Below, piece by piece: positions 22,258 to 30,918 of a stretch of 32,000 nt of DNA. Position 1 is the stretch's first letter, and every line of letters begins with the position of its first letter. This DNA comes from Gemmata obscuriglobus (lineage in GTDB: Bacteria > Planctomycetota > Planctomycetia > Gemmatales > Gemmataceae): the NCBI RefSeq assembly GCF_008065095.1, contig NZ_CP042911.1, forward strand, positions 4,080,001-4,112,000. Reading direction: 5' to 3'. Below the pieces are notes generated by a model. That model worked only from the letters and a program-made list of their open reading frames with translations, was not told the DNA's origin and did not search any database. Made by a program: the position numbers and the translations under genes.

Positions 22258-24003
22258 TCACTGCCGGGCAGTGCCCTTTATGTTCATTTTCAAACTGTAC
22301 AGTCCGGTGCCGGCGGTAATGAACAGAGTCTTCATGTCTTTGCCGCCGAAGCACACGTTGGCCGTCCACGGCTCCGGCACATCGATCTGTGCGACCTTCT
22401 TGCCGGTCTTGTCGTACACAGTCACGCCCTTGCCCGTGAGGTAGACGTTGCCCTGCTCGTCAATAGTCATCCCGTCCGAGCCCTGCTCGCAGAACAGAGC
22501 GCGGTTCTTGAGCGACCCGTCCTTTGCGGCGTCGTACCGGTAGGTCTTGTTCCCACCGATGTCCGCAACGTACAGAGTGCTGCCGTCCGGGGTGCCGATA
22601 ATGCCGTTGGCCTGCTTCAGTTCGCCGGCATCGGCTCGGGAGAGCTTCCCGTCGGCGGACAGGAAAAACACCCCTTGCGTCGGCTGTTCCGCAGGGCCGC
22701 GCTTCCAATACCCGCGCTTGTAATACGGGTCGGTGAAGAACGCGCTGCCGTCGTCGCGGACCCAGATGTCGTTGGGGCCGTTCAGCAACTTGCCGCCGAA
22801 CTCCTTCACCACCACCGTCTTCTCTTTCGTCTTCACGTCGATCTTCCACAGCTCGTTCTTCTCGTCCGCGCAGGCCCACAGGGCGCCGGCCTTGTCGAAG
22901 GCGAGCCCGTTGGAGCGCCCGCACGGCTCCATGAAGGTAGAGAGCTTGCCGTCCGTGCTCCACTTCAGGATGCGGTCGGTGGGCTGGTCGGTGAAGTAGA
23001 CGTTGCCGTCGGCGTCGGGCGCCGGGCCTTCGGTGAACTTGAACCCGCCGGCGAGCTTCTCGACCTTCGCGCCGTCGGCCACCGGTGAAGCGCCCTCGGC
23101 TTTGGCCGTCAGGAAGCCCTCGGCGCGCATCCACTCCGCGCACCGCGCTGGCCAGGTCGCGTGCGGCTTTTCGGCCGCGCGCATCCCGAACCCGTGCCCG
23201 CCCGCAGAGTAGACGTGCATCTCCGCAGAAACGCCCGCCTTTTTGAGAGCGGCGATCATTTTGAGGCTGCCGTCGAGCGGGCCGTTGTCGTTGTAAGCCA
23301 GTGCGAAGAAGCACGGCGGCGTGTCTTTTGAAACGCGAATCTCCGACGCCAGTTGCTCCTTGTTCTCGCGGTCCACTACACCTCCGGGGTAGATCAGCAC
23401 CGCAAAGTCGGGCCGGCAGCTCAGCGTGTCGGCCCCATCAACGGACTCGTAGGAGCGTTTGTCGCCGTTGGTCGCGGCCCACGCGGTCAGGTGCCCGCCG
23501 GCGGAGAAGCCGAGCATGCCCACCCGTTTCGGGTCGATGTTCCATTCACTCGCCTTGCTCCGCGTCAGGCTGAGCGCGCGCTGCGCGTCCTGTAGCGCCC
23601 CGAGCGGCGGCGCGCCTTTTGCAGTATCCGGGCGTCGCGGCACACGGTACTTCAGCACCACGCCGGTCACGCCGATCGATTGGAGCCACTCGCCCACCAT
23701 CGTGCCCTCGTGCTCCCACGCGAGCACGTTGTACCCGCCGCCCGGTGCCACCACGACCGCCGCGCCGGTGTTCTTGTCTTTCGCCGGGCGGTAGACGGTC
23801 AGTGTCGGTTTCGAGACGTTGGTGACAGATGCGATCGCGTCGCGACCTTTCGCGGGAGTGGCCTTTTCTTCGCCGATGTCTACCTTCTCGCCCGGCGCAC
23901 CCTGGGGCCACACGGTGACCACCGGGAGCGGTTCTGCGGAGCGTGCGAGGAGCGGAACGACCAGCGCGATCGCCAGCGCTGAGAGCAAACGGGTGCGGAA
24001 CAT
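22258..24003 (-). CDS. secreted fusion: alpha/beta-hydrolase (esterase, GFSAGGH nucleophile elbow) plus SMP-30/gluconolactonase/LRE beta-propeller
   Basis: The internal ATG at 24003 gives MFRTRLLSALAIALVVPLLARSAEP (signal peptide). The hydrolase part carries VVVAPGGGY and GMLGFSAGGHL. The C-terminal part carries FTEGPAPDADGNVYFTDQ, SNGLAFD and NGPNDIWVRDDG. Confidence 0.85.
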   Translation of the reverse strand: MFRTRLLSALAIALVVPLLARSAEPLPVVTVWPQGAPGEKVDIGEEKATPAKGRDAIASVTNVSKPTLTVYRPAKDKNTGAAVVVAPGGGYNVLAWEHEGTMVGEWLQSIGVTGVVLKYRVPRRPDTAKGAPPLGALQDAQRALSLTRSKASEWNIDPKRVGMLGFSAGGHLTAWAATNGDKRSYESVDGADTLSCRPDFAVLIYPGGVVDRENKEQLASEIRVSKDTPPCFFALAYNDNGPLDGSLKMIAALKKAGVSAEMHVYSAGGHGFGMRAAEKPHATWPARCAEWMRAEGFLTAKAEGASPVADGAKVEKLAGGFKFTEGPAPDADGNVYFTDQPTDRILKWSTDGKLSTFMEPCGRSNGLAFDKAGALWACADEKNELWKIDVKTKEKTVVVKEFGGKLLNGPNDIWVRDDGSAFFTDPYYKRGYWKRGPAEQPTQGVFFLSADGKLSRADAGELKQANGIIGTPDGSTLYVADIGGNKTYRYDAAKDGSLKNRALFCEQGSDGMTIDEQGNVYLTGKGVTVYDKTGKKVAQIDVPEPWTANVCFGGKDMKTLFITAGTGLYSLKMNIKGTARQ

Positions 24004-24161
24004 GCGTGACCACCGGGAGGGGAAGGACGAGCCGCCATTGTTCCCGGAACGCATCCGCGGGTCAAATGTTCCCGGGTGCGACACGCGTTGATGTGATCGG
24101 AGGCGGCCAGCGTGTCGTGGTTGGTCGCACAGGGCAGGGGGCCTTATGCGACCGATCGGTG

Positions 24162-24881
24162 TCACTTCTTTGGGCCGGTGGGGGGCTTATCATCGCCCTC
24201 GTTTGTCCACTGGCGGCCGATCGTGTTAATGTCCTTTGGGACCGCTACGTTTGGCGGTTGCTGCCCGAATTCCTTCACGCGGGCCGCGCTGATCTTCTTC
24301 GTGTCGACTTTGAACTCTTTGTCGCGCTTGGCTTCCAGCTCCGGGTCGACCTGCCCGGGACCCATCAGCGACCAGATCAGCAGTGGCTCGCCCATCGGCA
24401 CGGCGGTGGAGGGGTCGGGCCACGTGTGCCACGCCTTGCCCCACAGCGTCATCACCGCCTTCATGAACGTTTTTTCTTCCTCCGGGCTCATCTCGGGCGC
24501 GATGAGCCCGCCCCCCAGCACCTCGTAGGTGTGCGCGTGCCAGTACTTCTTTTCAGCCTCGGGTAGTTTTCGGTACGCGGCGTCGGAGATGAGGTATTCG
24601 ACGCCGATCAGCTTCGCGTTCTTCCCGGTGCCGTCGTACAGGGTGCATTGAAACACGTCGCCGTCCGGGCCGCCGGTGTGGGCCGCGCAGAAGTGCTGCG
24701 TGATGAACTGGAGCTTCGGGTTCGTCTTGGCCATGTGGATGCCGCAGAAGTGGAAGTGCGGCGCGGACGTTGGTCCGCCGGCCTTCCCGTGGTCTGCGGC
24801 GGCGGACGCCTCCGACCCGATACCACATGCCGGCACCACGCCCAGCGCGGTCAGTGCCCCGAACAGCTCGCGTCGGTCCAT
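24162..24881 (-). CDS. DUF1264 (oil-body-associated-protein-like) family protein with twin-arginine-type signal
   Basis: MDRRELFGALTALG is Tat-like. HFHFCGIHM..., QCTLYDG..., AKLIGVEYLIS and KKYWHAHTYEV match the DUF1264 pattern as I recall it. Confidence 0.85.
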   Translation of the reverse strand: MDRRELFGALTALGVVPACGIGSEASAAADHGKAGGPTSAPHFHFCGIHMAKTNPKLQFITQHFCAAHTGGPDGDVFQCTLYDGTGKNAKLIGVEYLISDAAYRKLPEAEKKYWHAHTYEVLGGGLIAPEMSPEEEKTFMKAVMTLWGKAWHTWPDPSTAVPMGEPLLIWSLMGPGQVDPELEAKRDKEFKVDTKKISAARVKEFGQQPPNVAVPKDINTIGRQWTNEGDDKPPTGPKK

Positions 24882-24883
24882 AC

Positions 24884-24920
24884 ATTCACCCCCTGAGTGA
24901 TGGGAAACCAGGGGGTGAAT
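24884..24920 (-). promoter_or_regulatory. 12-bp perfect hairpin sequestering the Shine-Dalgarno sequence of the DUF1264 gene
   Basis: The minus-sense RNA reads AUUCACCCCCUG - 13-nt loop - CAGGGGGUGAAU - GU - AUG. The 3' arm contains the GGGGGUGA SD and ends 2 nt before the start codon. Confidence 0.45.
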
Positions 24921-25095
24921 TACGACTTGGGGAGTGATAATTAACTGGACACAAGATCACATCAATGTGCTTTTACGCTCCTCGGCCCGCACAGCAGTTC
25001 CAAGTCCGCCAGCGGCATCCAGACTGACGCCGCCGCCGGCCGGTTACAGACAGTGGTGCCCCGAACTTGAAACCGCGCACTGGGAGCGCTCGGGG

Positions 25096-26796
25096 TCAGC
25101 CCTCGAAGTCTTTCGCGAACGCCTTCGGGTTCAGCTCCTCGCCGGTCGCGAACTTGGTCAGCTCCTTCCAGGTTTTAGATCGCCCGGGCTCGAACACCTT
25201 CTCTTTCATGAACGCGCCGACCTTCTTTTCGCCCACATAGAGCACGGCCTTCGGGTCGGCGCCGAACACCTCGCGCGACAGTGCGTGGTGGACCTGCGAG
25301 GCGAACAGTTGCCCCATCATGTAGTTGTGGTAGTAGACCGGTGCGCTGCAAATGTGGATCTTCGACGCGTAATCCGGCGCGTTCCGGTCCTTCGGCTTCT
25401 TCACCTGCTGGTACTGCTCCACCAGGTCCCACCAGAGCTTGTTCAGGTCTTGCGCGGGGTTCTCGTACATCGCCTTTTCGAACCGGAGCATCACCTGGCA
25501 CCAGCGCGAGAAGATCAGGAGCTGGTTCCGCTGGATGGTCCGGGCCGCTTCGTCAAAGGCGGCGCCGCCGGCCACCGTCACGCCCATCTTTTCGAGCCAC
25601 GGGCGCGACTTCGAGAACCGCTCGAACTGCATCGCCACGCCCTCGGTGGTGAGGATGTGGGCCTCGCCCCGGAGCAGGTACGGCACCTTCTGCGGGATGT
25701 TCTTCGACGAGTAGACCGCGTGCCCCAACTCGTGGAGCATGGTGCCCATCCAGTACTCGTTCGGCACGATGTTGGCGAGAACCCGGACGTCGCCCTCGCG
25801 GTCGATGTCGGTGCAGAACGCGTGCGGCGACTTGCCGGGCTTCTCCGTGAGGTCGCTGCGCGCGATCACGTCGTCGATGGGCAGCCCGATCCCGGTGTAG
25901 AACGTGCTGCACAGCTTCAGGATGTCGGCCTTGGTGTACGGCTCGTCTATGCTCGCCTCGTAGACCGCCGGCGCTTCCTGGAAGAACGGGTCGTGATAGT
26001 GCCACGGCATCAGGTCCGTGACCTTCACGTCGAGCTTCTTCGCGAGCCGCGCATCGATGTCGGCCTTGGCCTTCGTGAACGGCCCCTTCGTGAGCGTGTC
26101 GAGGTCGTCGAACAGCTTGATGAGTTCCGCGCCGTCTTGCTCGTTGAGCGTGAGCTGCAACTCGTGGAAGTTCTTGAACCCGAGTTGTTTGGCCGCCTCG
26201 TTCCGGTACCCGACCAGTTCCGCGAGGTCGGCCGCCACGGCGGCGCCGACGCCCTTGCTGGCTTCCCACACCTTCTGCCGCAGCGCGGAGTCCTTCGACT
26301 CCTTGAGGGTGTTGCGCACCTTGCTGTCGGCCAGTTCCTGGCCGTCCACCTTGGCGCGGTACACGTTGAACCCTTGCTCGACCGCGTTGGCCTTCGCGGT
26401 GATCTTCTTCAGGAGGTCCGGTGCGACCTGCTTTTCGAGGTACTGGAGGTGCAAGAGCCGGACCTGGCGCGCGACCGCGGGGTCTTTGAGCGTGCCGGCG
26501 TCAGCCGCGCTTTTGAGGGCCTTCACGCGGTCGAACATCTTCTTGTCGGAGAGGGCCGCGTCGATTTTGTTCTGGGCCTCTTCCTTCTTCTTGAAGTCCT
26601 CGTCCTTGCCGGTGATGTTGGCGTTCCACCACGCGATTCCGCTGGCGACCTCCAGCGGGTGCAGCTTTTCGACGTGTTCCTTGATGACCGCGGCGGCCTC
26701 GCCGTTGGGGTCGGCCCCGAGGAGTGCGTCGGGGGTTAATGATGCGGCCACGGTTGCGCCTCCGGCGATCAGGAACTGGCGACGGTCGAACGACAT
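25096..26796 (-). CDS. zinc metallopeptidase, gluzincin (M2/ACE-like; M3 not excluded), Tat/Sec signal
   Basis: MSFDRRQFLIAGGATVAASL looks like a signal. HELGHAVY followed by LRGEAHILTTEGVA resembles the ACE pattern HEMGH...LREGANPGFHEAIG. Confidence 0.8.
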   Translation of the reverse strand: MSFDRRQFLIAGGATVAASLTPDALLGADPNGEAAAVIKEHVEKLHPLEVASGIAWWNANITGKDEDFKKKEEAQNKIDAALSDKKMFDRVKALKSAADAGTLKDPAVARQVRLLHLQYLEKQVAPDLLKKITAKANAVEQGFNVYRAKVDGQELADSKVRNTLKESKDSALRQKVWEASKGVGAAVAADLAELVGYRNEAAKQLGFKNFHELQLTLNEQDGAELIKLFDDLDTLTKGPFTKAKADIDARLAKKLDVKVTDLMPWHYHDPFFQEAPAVYEASIDEPYTKADILKLCSTFYTGIGLPIDDVIARSDLTEKPGKSPHAFCTDIDREGDVRVLANIVPNEYWMGTMLHELGHAVYSSKNIPQKVPYLLRGEAHILTTEGVAMQFERFSKSRPWLEKMGVTVAGGAAFDEAARTIQRNQLLIFSRWCQVMLRFEKAMYENPAQDLNKLWWDLVEQYQQVKKPKDRNAPDYASKIHICSAPVYYHNYMMGQLFASQVHHALSREVFGADPKAVLYVGEKKVGAFMKEKVFEPGRSKTWKELTKFATGEELNPKAFAKDFEG

Positions 26797-26880
26797 GAGC
26801 GTCCCTGGTTTGGGTGTTTCGGGTCGAACGGTTGGCGCGTCGCAACCGCTAAATGCGAAGCGCCGGATACCGAACGCGGG

Positions 26881-27810
26881 CTACGTCGAGTAGACCCATT
26901 TTCCGAGCCACAGCGCGGTGGGCAACAACAAAAGGAGCAGCAGTCCCGGCAGCCCGATAAACATGGTCGCCAGAACGGCGTCGAGGACCACCAGCCCGAG
27001 TACGCACCGCTTGACGGCGCGCTGGACGTTTCGTGCCCCTGGGGCGTCGATGGCGTGCGCTACCGGCAGCCCGATCAGGAACCCGAACGCGACGAGCAGG
27101 TACGGGAACGCGACCGTACCGAGCGGGGCGGGGATTTTGGCCCGCAGTAAGAGTGCGAGGACGAGCGCGACGAACATGACGCCGGACGCGAGTGAAAGGT
27201 CCCGTTTACGGCTCGTGCTCTCCTCGGTGCGCGCGAACCAGGTCACCCCTACGATGTACACCCCGACCACGCTGGCGAGGTGAACGCGCTTCTCAATGTC
27301 GAGCGCGTCTTCGGGGATGAGTGACAGCCCGAGCAGCACGTTAAGGAACCGACAGGCCGCCATCGCGATCGGGCCGAAGGGGGTGTACTTCGCGCCCCCG
27401 TCGTAGATCAGCACCGCCGCCACCAAACCGATGGCGTAGACGAGTGGCTCGTGGTTCCACTCCGGCGCGGCGAGCGCCCCCGCGAGCCCCGCGAACGCGA
27501 CGCCGGCTGCCATCAGTACCACACCGAGCGCGACGGCCGTAACCACCCGCACCCGACCGGAGGGAAGGGGCCGAAACGCTCGCGACTTCTTGTCCTCGGC
27601 AAGATCGAAGTAATCGTTCCAAACCATCCCTGCGAGGTACAAACACCCCGATGCGAGGGCGAGCACCAAGTACGCGCACCAGAAGGCGAACGGGGCGGAC
27701 GACAATACGGCGGCCCCGACGCACGCACCCAGTGCGATGTCGGCGAACGCGGTGAACACGTTGGGCAGGCGCAGGAGCTGCGCGAAGGCGAGAATGCGGT
27801 CGCGGGTCAT
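26881..27810 (-). CDS. UbiA-family prenyltransferase
   Basis: 309-aa polytopic membrane ORF. LLRLPNVFTAFADI and the Asp-rich motif NDYFDLAEDK are typical of UbiA family members. Confidence 0.85.
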   Translation of the reverse strand: MTRDRILAFAQLLRLPNVFTAFADIALGACVGAAVLSSAPFAFWCAYLVLALASGCLYLAGMVWNDYFDLAEDKKSRAFRPLPSGRVRVVTAVALGVVLMAAGVAFAGLAGALAAPEWNHEPLVYAIGLVAAVLIYDGGAKYTPFGPIAMAACRFLNVLLGLSLIPEDALDIEKRVHLASVVGVYIVGVTWFARTEESTSRKRDLSLASGVMFVALVLALLLRAKIPAPLGTVAFPYLLVAFGFLIGLPVAHAIDAPGARNVQRAVKRCVLGLVVLDAVLATMFIGLPGLLLLLLLPTALWLGKWVYST

Positions 27811-27873
27811 GGAGATAACGTAGCGACGGGCACCGGCTGGGGCTGCCCGGGACCGCTAGCGGGGAACGAGCAC

Positions 27874-29244
27874 TCAGCCCAGCGGAATGTCAACCGAGTA
27901 CGCCGCCGGTGCGTTCGCGGCCTTGTTCTCGCAGAGGTGCGCCAACTCCTCTTCGGTGCTGACGTAGCGGATGTCGCGGATCGTCTCGGCGAGCAGCCGC
28001 CCGTGGGCCTCGAGTTTGTGGTTCTCGTCCAGCCCGATCAGGATCGCGCTGACGGCGAAGCCCTGGCGCTTCAACGTGCCCAGAGCAATCGCGGTTTCGG
28101 CCGGCACCCGCGGAAGCAAAGCGATGACGGTCGCGTCGCGCGGCATCCGCCCCGCCATCTCCAGCGCAAGCTGCCCGAAGGTGAGCGCGTCCGACAGTTC
28201 AAGCCGGGCGAGCGCCTCGCGGATCTGCTGGTACTGGTCGAACCCGCGGCGCGTGTCCACCACGACGGGCCGGACGCGGTCGGAACCGTCGGCCAGCTCG
28301 AACCGGTCGCGGGCCTCCTCGCGGGTGGTGTGCCCCTCACGCTGTGCTTCTTCTGATTCGGCGGCAAGCGCGTCCTCGCGGATGCGGTCCGCGGCGTCGC
28401 GCCCGTTGCTCGCGAACCCGATCTGCACGTTCAGGACCGACACCAAGTAAGCCAGGCTCGCCGCGGTGGTGATCGCGAGTTCGGACCGGAACGGCTCGCC
28501 GCGCTTGTGGTAGCCGTCCTGGTGGAAGTCCACGAGGATCGTGGCGCCCGCGAGTGTGGTCGGCTCGTAGATGCGGCAGTGCAGCTGCCCGGTGCGCGCG
28601 GTCACCTTCCAGTGAACCCGCTGGAGCGGGTCGCCCTGAACGTACTGCCGCACGCCCGCCGTGCGGGTGGGGTCCTCGAACAGCCGGTTCTGGAGCCGCA
28701 CTTCTCCGATGGGGCGCTCCGACGCGAAGTTGTACTTCGGGAGCGCGACGACCTTCGGGTAGACCATCACGTACACCGGCTTCCCGATGACGCGGTGCCG
28801 GCGGTGCAACCCGAACACGTCGCCGGTTTCGAGGAGCGTCGGGCCGAGCGGGTAGTACCCGCGCATCTGGAACGTGACCTTATACCTGATCGTCTTCGTT
28901 CCTCGACTGCCGAGTGTCACGACCTGAACCCGTTTGCCTTTCGCGGTGATGCGTGGGGTTCGGGCTTTCACCGCGAAGTCCGGCAACAGGTCTTCGACCA
29001 GCACCCACGCGATCGGGATCGCCCCGGCGTTGCTCAGAGTGACGGTCACGGCTGTCGACTCGCCGACCTCACGGGGTGAAGAGTCGCATTCGCGTGTCGC
29101 TTCGAGATCGTGGACCCACCGCCGCGCGAGGTACCGCGACAGCAGGTAGACGCCCAGCAGGACGTACCCCGCGAACGCGACGAGCCCCGCTTGAAGCGCG
29201 AGCGCCGCACCAATCAGTAACGCGATGGCGAGGAACCACTTCAT
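27874..29244 (-). CDS. DUF58 domain protein (MoxR-associated)
   Basis: The ATG at 29244 gives MKWFLAIALLIGAALALQAGLVAFAGYVLLGVYLL (2 TM), followed by the DUF58-like core (VTLSNAGAIPIAWVLVED..., YVQGDPLQRVHWKVTAR). It lies downstream of moxR. Confidence 0.85.
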   Translation of the reverse strand: MKWFLAIALLIGAALALQAGLVAFAGYVLLGVYLLSRYLARRWVHDLEATRECDSSPREVGESTAVTVTLSNAGAIPIAWVLVEDLLPDFAVKARTPRITAKGKRVQVVTLGSRGTKTIRYKVTFQMRGYYPLGPTLLETGDVFGLHRRHRVIGKPVYVMVYPKVVALPKYNFASERPIGEVRLQNRLFEDPTRTAGVRQYVQGDPLQRVHWKVTARTGQLHCRIYEPTTLAGATILVDFHQDGYHKRGEPFRSELAITTAASLAYLVSVLNVQIGFASNGRDAADRIREDALAAESEEAQREGHTTREEARDRFELADGSDRVRPVVVDTRRGFDQYQQIREALARLELSDALTFGQLALEMAGRMPRDATVIALLPRVPAETAIALGTLKRQGFAVSAILIGLDENHKLEAHGRLLAETIRDIRYVSTEEELAHLCENKAANAPAAYSVDIPLG

Positions 29245-29249
29245 AGAGC

Positions 29250-29282
29250 AAGGCAAAAGTAAAAAGGTGAAAGGCAAAAACG
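29250..29282. repeat. AT-rich arm complementary (inverted) to 29774-29800, downstream flank of the four-helix-bundle gene
   Basis: The reverse complement tttgcctttcacctttttacttttgcc matches tttgccttttgactttttacttttaac at 22 of 27 positions (hand count). Confidence 0.75.
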
Positions 29283-29301
29283 CTGCACGCAACAACGCCC
29301 C

Positions 29302-29658
29302 TCAAGTATTCTCAACTGCTCGCGCCACAATCGCGCCCAGGATTCGCTTTAAATGTTGGACTTCTTCGTGGAGATCGCGAACCTCGTCCGAGTTCGGCAA
29401 TACAGTCGCGCTGATCAGACGCAACCAATAGGCAGCTTCACGAGCTTCCTTGAGCGCAATCGCGTTCTTGCTGATGAAGTCTGCACGACTTTGGCCTGCT
29501 CTCCCTTCCTCAACGTTCCCGCCGATAGAGGTACCCGCACGAAGCAGTTGATCCCCGAGACGCCGCGAGGGGTCTGGGTGCTCACAGAGGGTCGAACACA
29601 AATTCACAATCCGCACAGCGAAATCGAACGTCCGCTCGCAGATGTCGAATGGCGGCAT
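29302..29658 (-). CDS. four-helix-bundle protein (23S rRNA intervening-sequence protein / Avd-like family)
   Basis: 118-aa ORF. FDFAVRIVNLC..., LGDQLLRAGTSIGGNVEEG...SRADFISKNAIALKEAREAAYWLRL is the signature of this family. The gene is visibly lower in GC than its neighbours. Confidence 0.85.
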   Translation of the reverse strand: MPPFDICERTFDFAVRIVNLCSTLCEHPDPSRRLGDQLLRAGTSIGGNVEEGRAGQSRADFISKNAIALKEAREAAYWLRLISATVLPNSDEVRDLHEEVQHLKRILGAIVARAVENT

Positions 29659-29691
29659 GGGCGATCCCGCGTAGATGGTGCCTTCTATTTA

Positions 29692-29806
29692 ATTGCTTAC
29701 GTTCGGCGCCACCTCTTGTTTGCCTTTTGACTTTCGCCTTGATCGATTGCTTACGTTCGGCGCCTTCTCTTGTTTGCCTTTTGACTTTTTACTTTTAACT
29801 TGATCG
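29692..29806. repeat. two tandem copies (54 and 61 nt) of an AT-rich repeat between the moxR stop and the four-helix-bundle gene
   Basis: attgcttacgttcggcgcc(ac/tt)ctcttgtttgccttttgacttt...cttgatcg occurs at 29692-29745 and again at 29746-29806. The copies differ by a 7-nt indel and a few substitutions. Copy 2 abuts the moxR stop codon (29807-29809). Confidence 0.85.
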
Positions 29807-30787
29807 TCAGTCGTCGAAGTAATCGACCTGAGTCGCCTTCATCTTGTTGGTGATCGGCACCCGGGCGTCGTCCACCAGGTCCTTCACCACCGCCGCGGGC
29901 GTGCGCTTCCGCAGCCGGCTCTCGGGCTTCAGGATGATCCGGTGCGCCAGGACCGGTTGGGCCACGCGCTTGATGTCGTCCGGTTGGACGAAGTCGCGGG
30001 CGCTGATCGCCGCCAGGGCCTGGGCCGTGCGGAACAGTGCGATCGACGCCCGCGGGCTGCCGCCGAGCAAGATATCCTCGTGAGCGCGGCTCGCGTGGAC
30101 AACTTCGAGGATGTACTTTTTGACCTTGTCGTCGACGTGGACGCTGCGAACCGCTTCCTGGCAGGTCATGACATCCTCGGCACTGACGACCGGTTTGAGG
30201 TCGTCGATGGGGTGCCCCATCTGGAGCCGCGAGAGCATCTTGCTCTCTTCTTCCAGGCTCGGATAGCCCAGGGTCAGGCGCACCAGGAAGCGGTCGAGCT
30301 GCGCCTCGGGGAGCGGGAACGTCCCCTCCTGGTCCACCGGGTTCTGCGTCGCGATGACCAGAAACGGCGGTTTCAGAACGTAGGTCTGACCGTCCACGCT
30401 CACCCGCCGTTCGCCCATCGCTTCCAACAGGGCGGCCTGGGTGCGGGGCGTCGCGCGGTTGATTTCGTCGGCGAGGAGGGTTTGCGCGAACACCGGACCG
30501 GCGCGGAACTCGAACTCGTTCGTTTTCTGGTTGAAGATGCTCACCCCGGTGACGTCGCTGGGGAGCAAGTCGGGCGTACACTGGAGCCGCTTGAACGCGC
30601 AGCCCACGCTGCGCGCCAGCGCCCGGGCGAGCATCGTTTTCGCCACCCCCGGGACGTCTTCGAGGAGGATGTGTCCCTCCGAGAAGTACGCCGCCAGGGC
30701 CAGCGTGAGCTGCGGGCGCTTGCCGATGATGACTTTCTCGATGTTGGCGATGATGCGGTTGGCAACGCCCGCCACGTCGGTAGACAT
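29807..30787 (-). CDS. MoxR-family AAA+ ATPase
   Basis: It has a Walker A-like motif (LLEDVPGVAKT), a Walker B motif (LLADEINR), VIATQNP and DRF motifs. The start is either ATG 30787 (MSTDVAGV...) or ATG 30805. Confidence 0.9.
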   Translation of the reverse strand: MSTDVAGVANRIIANIEKVIIGKRPQLTLALAAYFSEGHILLEDVPGVAKTMLARALARSVGCAFKRLQCTPDLLPSDVTGVSIFNQKTNEFEFRAGPVFAQTLLADEINRATPRTQAALLEAMGERRVSVDGQTYVLKPPFLVIATQNPVDQEGTFPLPEAQLDRFLVRLTLGYPSLEEESKMLSRLQMGHPIDDLKPVVSAEDVMTCQEAVRSVHVDDKVKKYILEVVHASRAHEDILLGGSPRASIALFRTAQALAAISARDFVQPDDIKRVAQPVLAHRIILKPESRLRKRTPAAVVKDLVDDARVPITNKMKATQVDYFDD

Positions 30788-30918
30788 AACGTTTTCCGGG
30801 AGCACAGCGGATGTTCGGGGCCGGGAGTGTTCAACTTACGAGGTTGAAGACGCCCGCCGCCGTGGGCGATTCCGATCGTTTCCGCGTCCTCTCACTTTCG
30901 TACCGACCGGAGCGACAC

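Noticed and set aside
24921-25095. Sigma-70-like promoter for the DUF1264 gene (TTGATG ... GTTAAT/TAATTA on the minus strand around 24940-24975).
   Set aside because: The spacing and matches to consensus are poor (14-16 nt; 4/6 at best), and promoter consensus for this lineage is not known to me.
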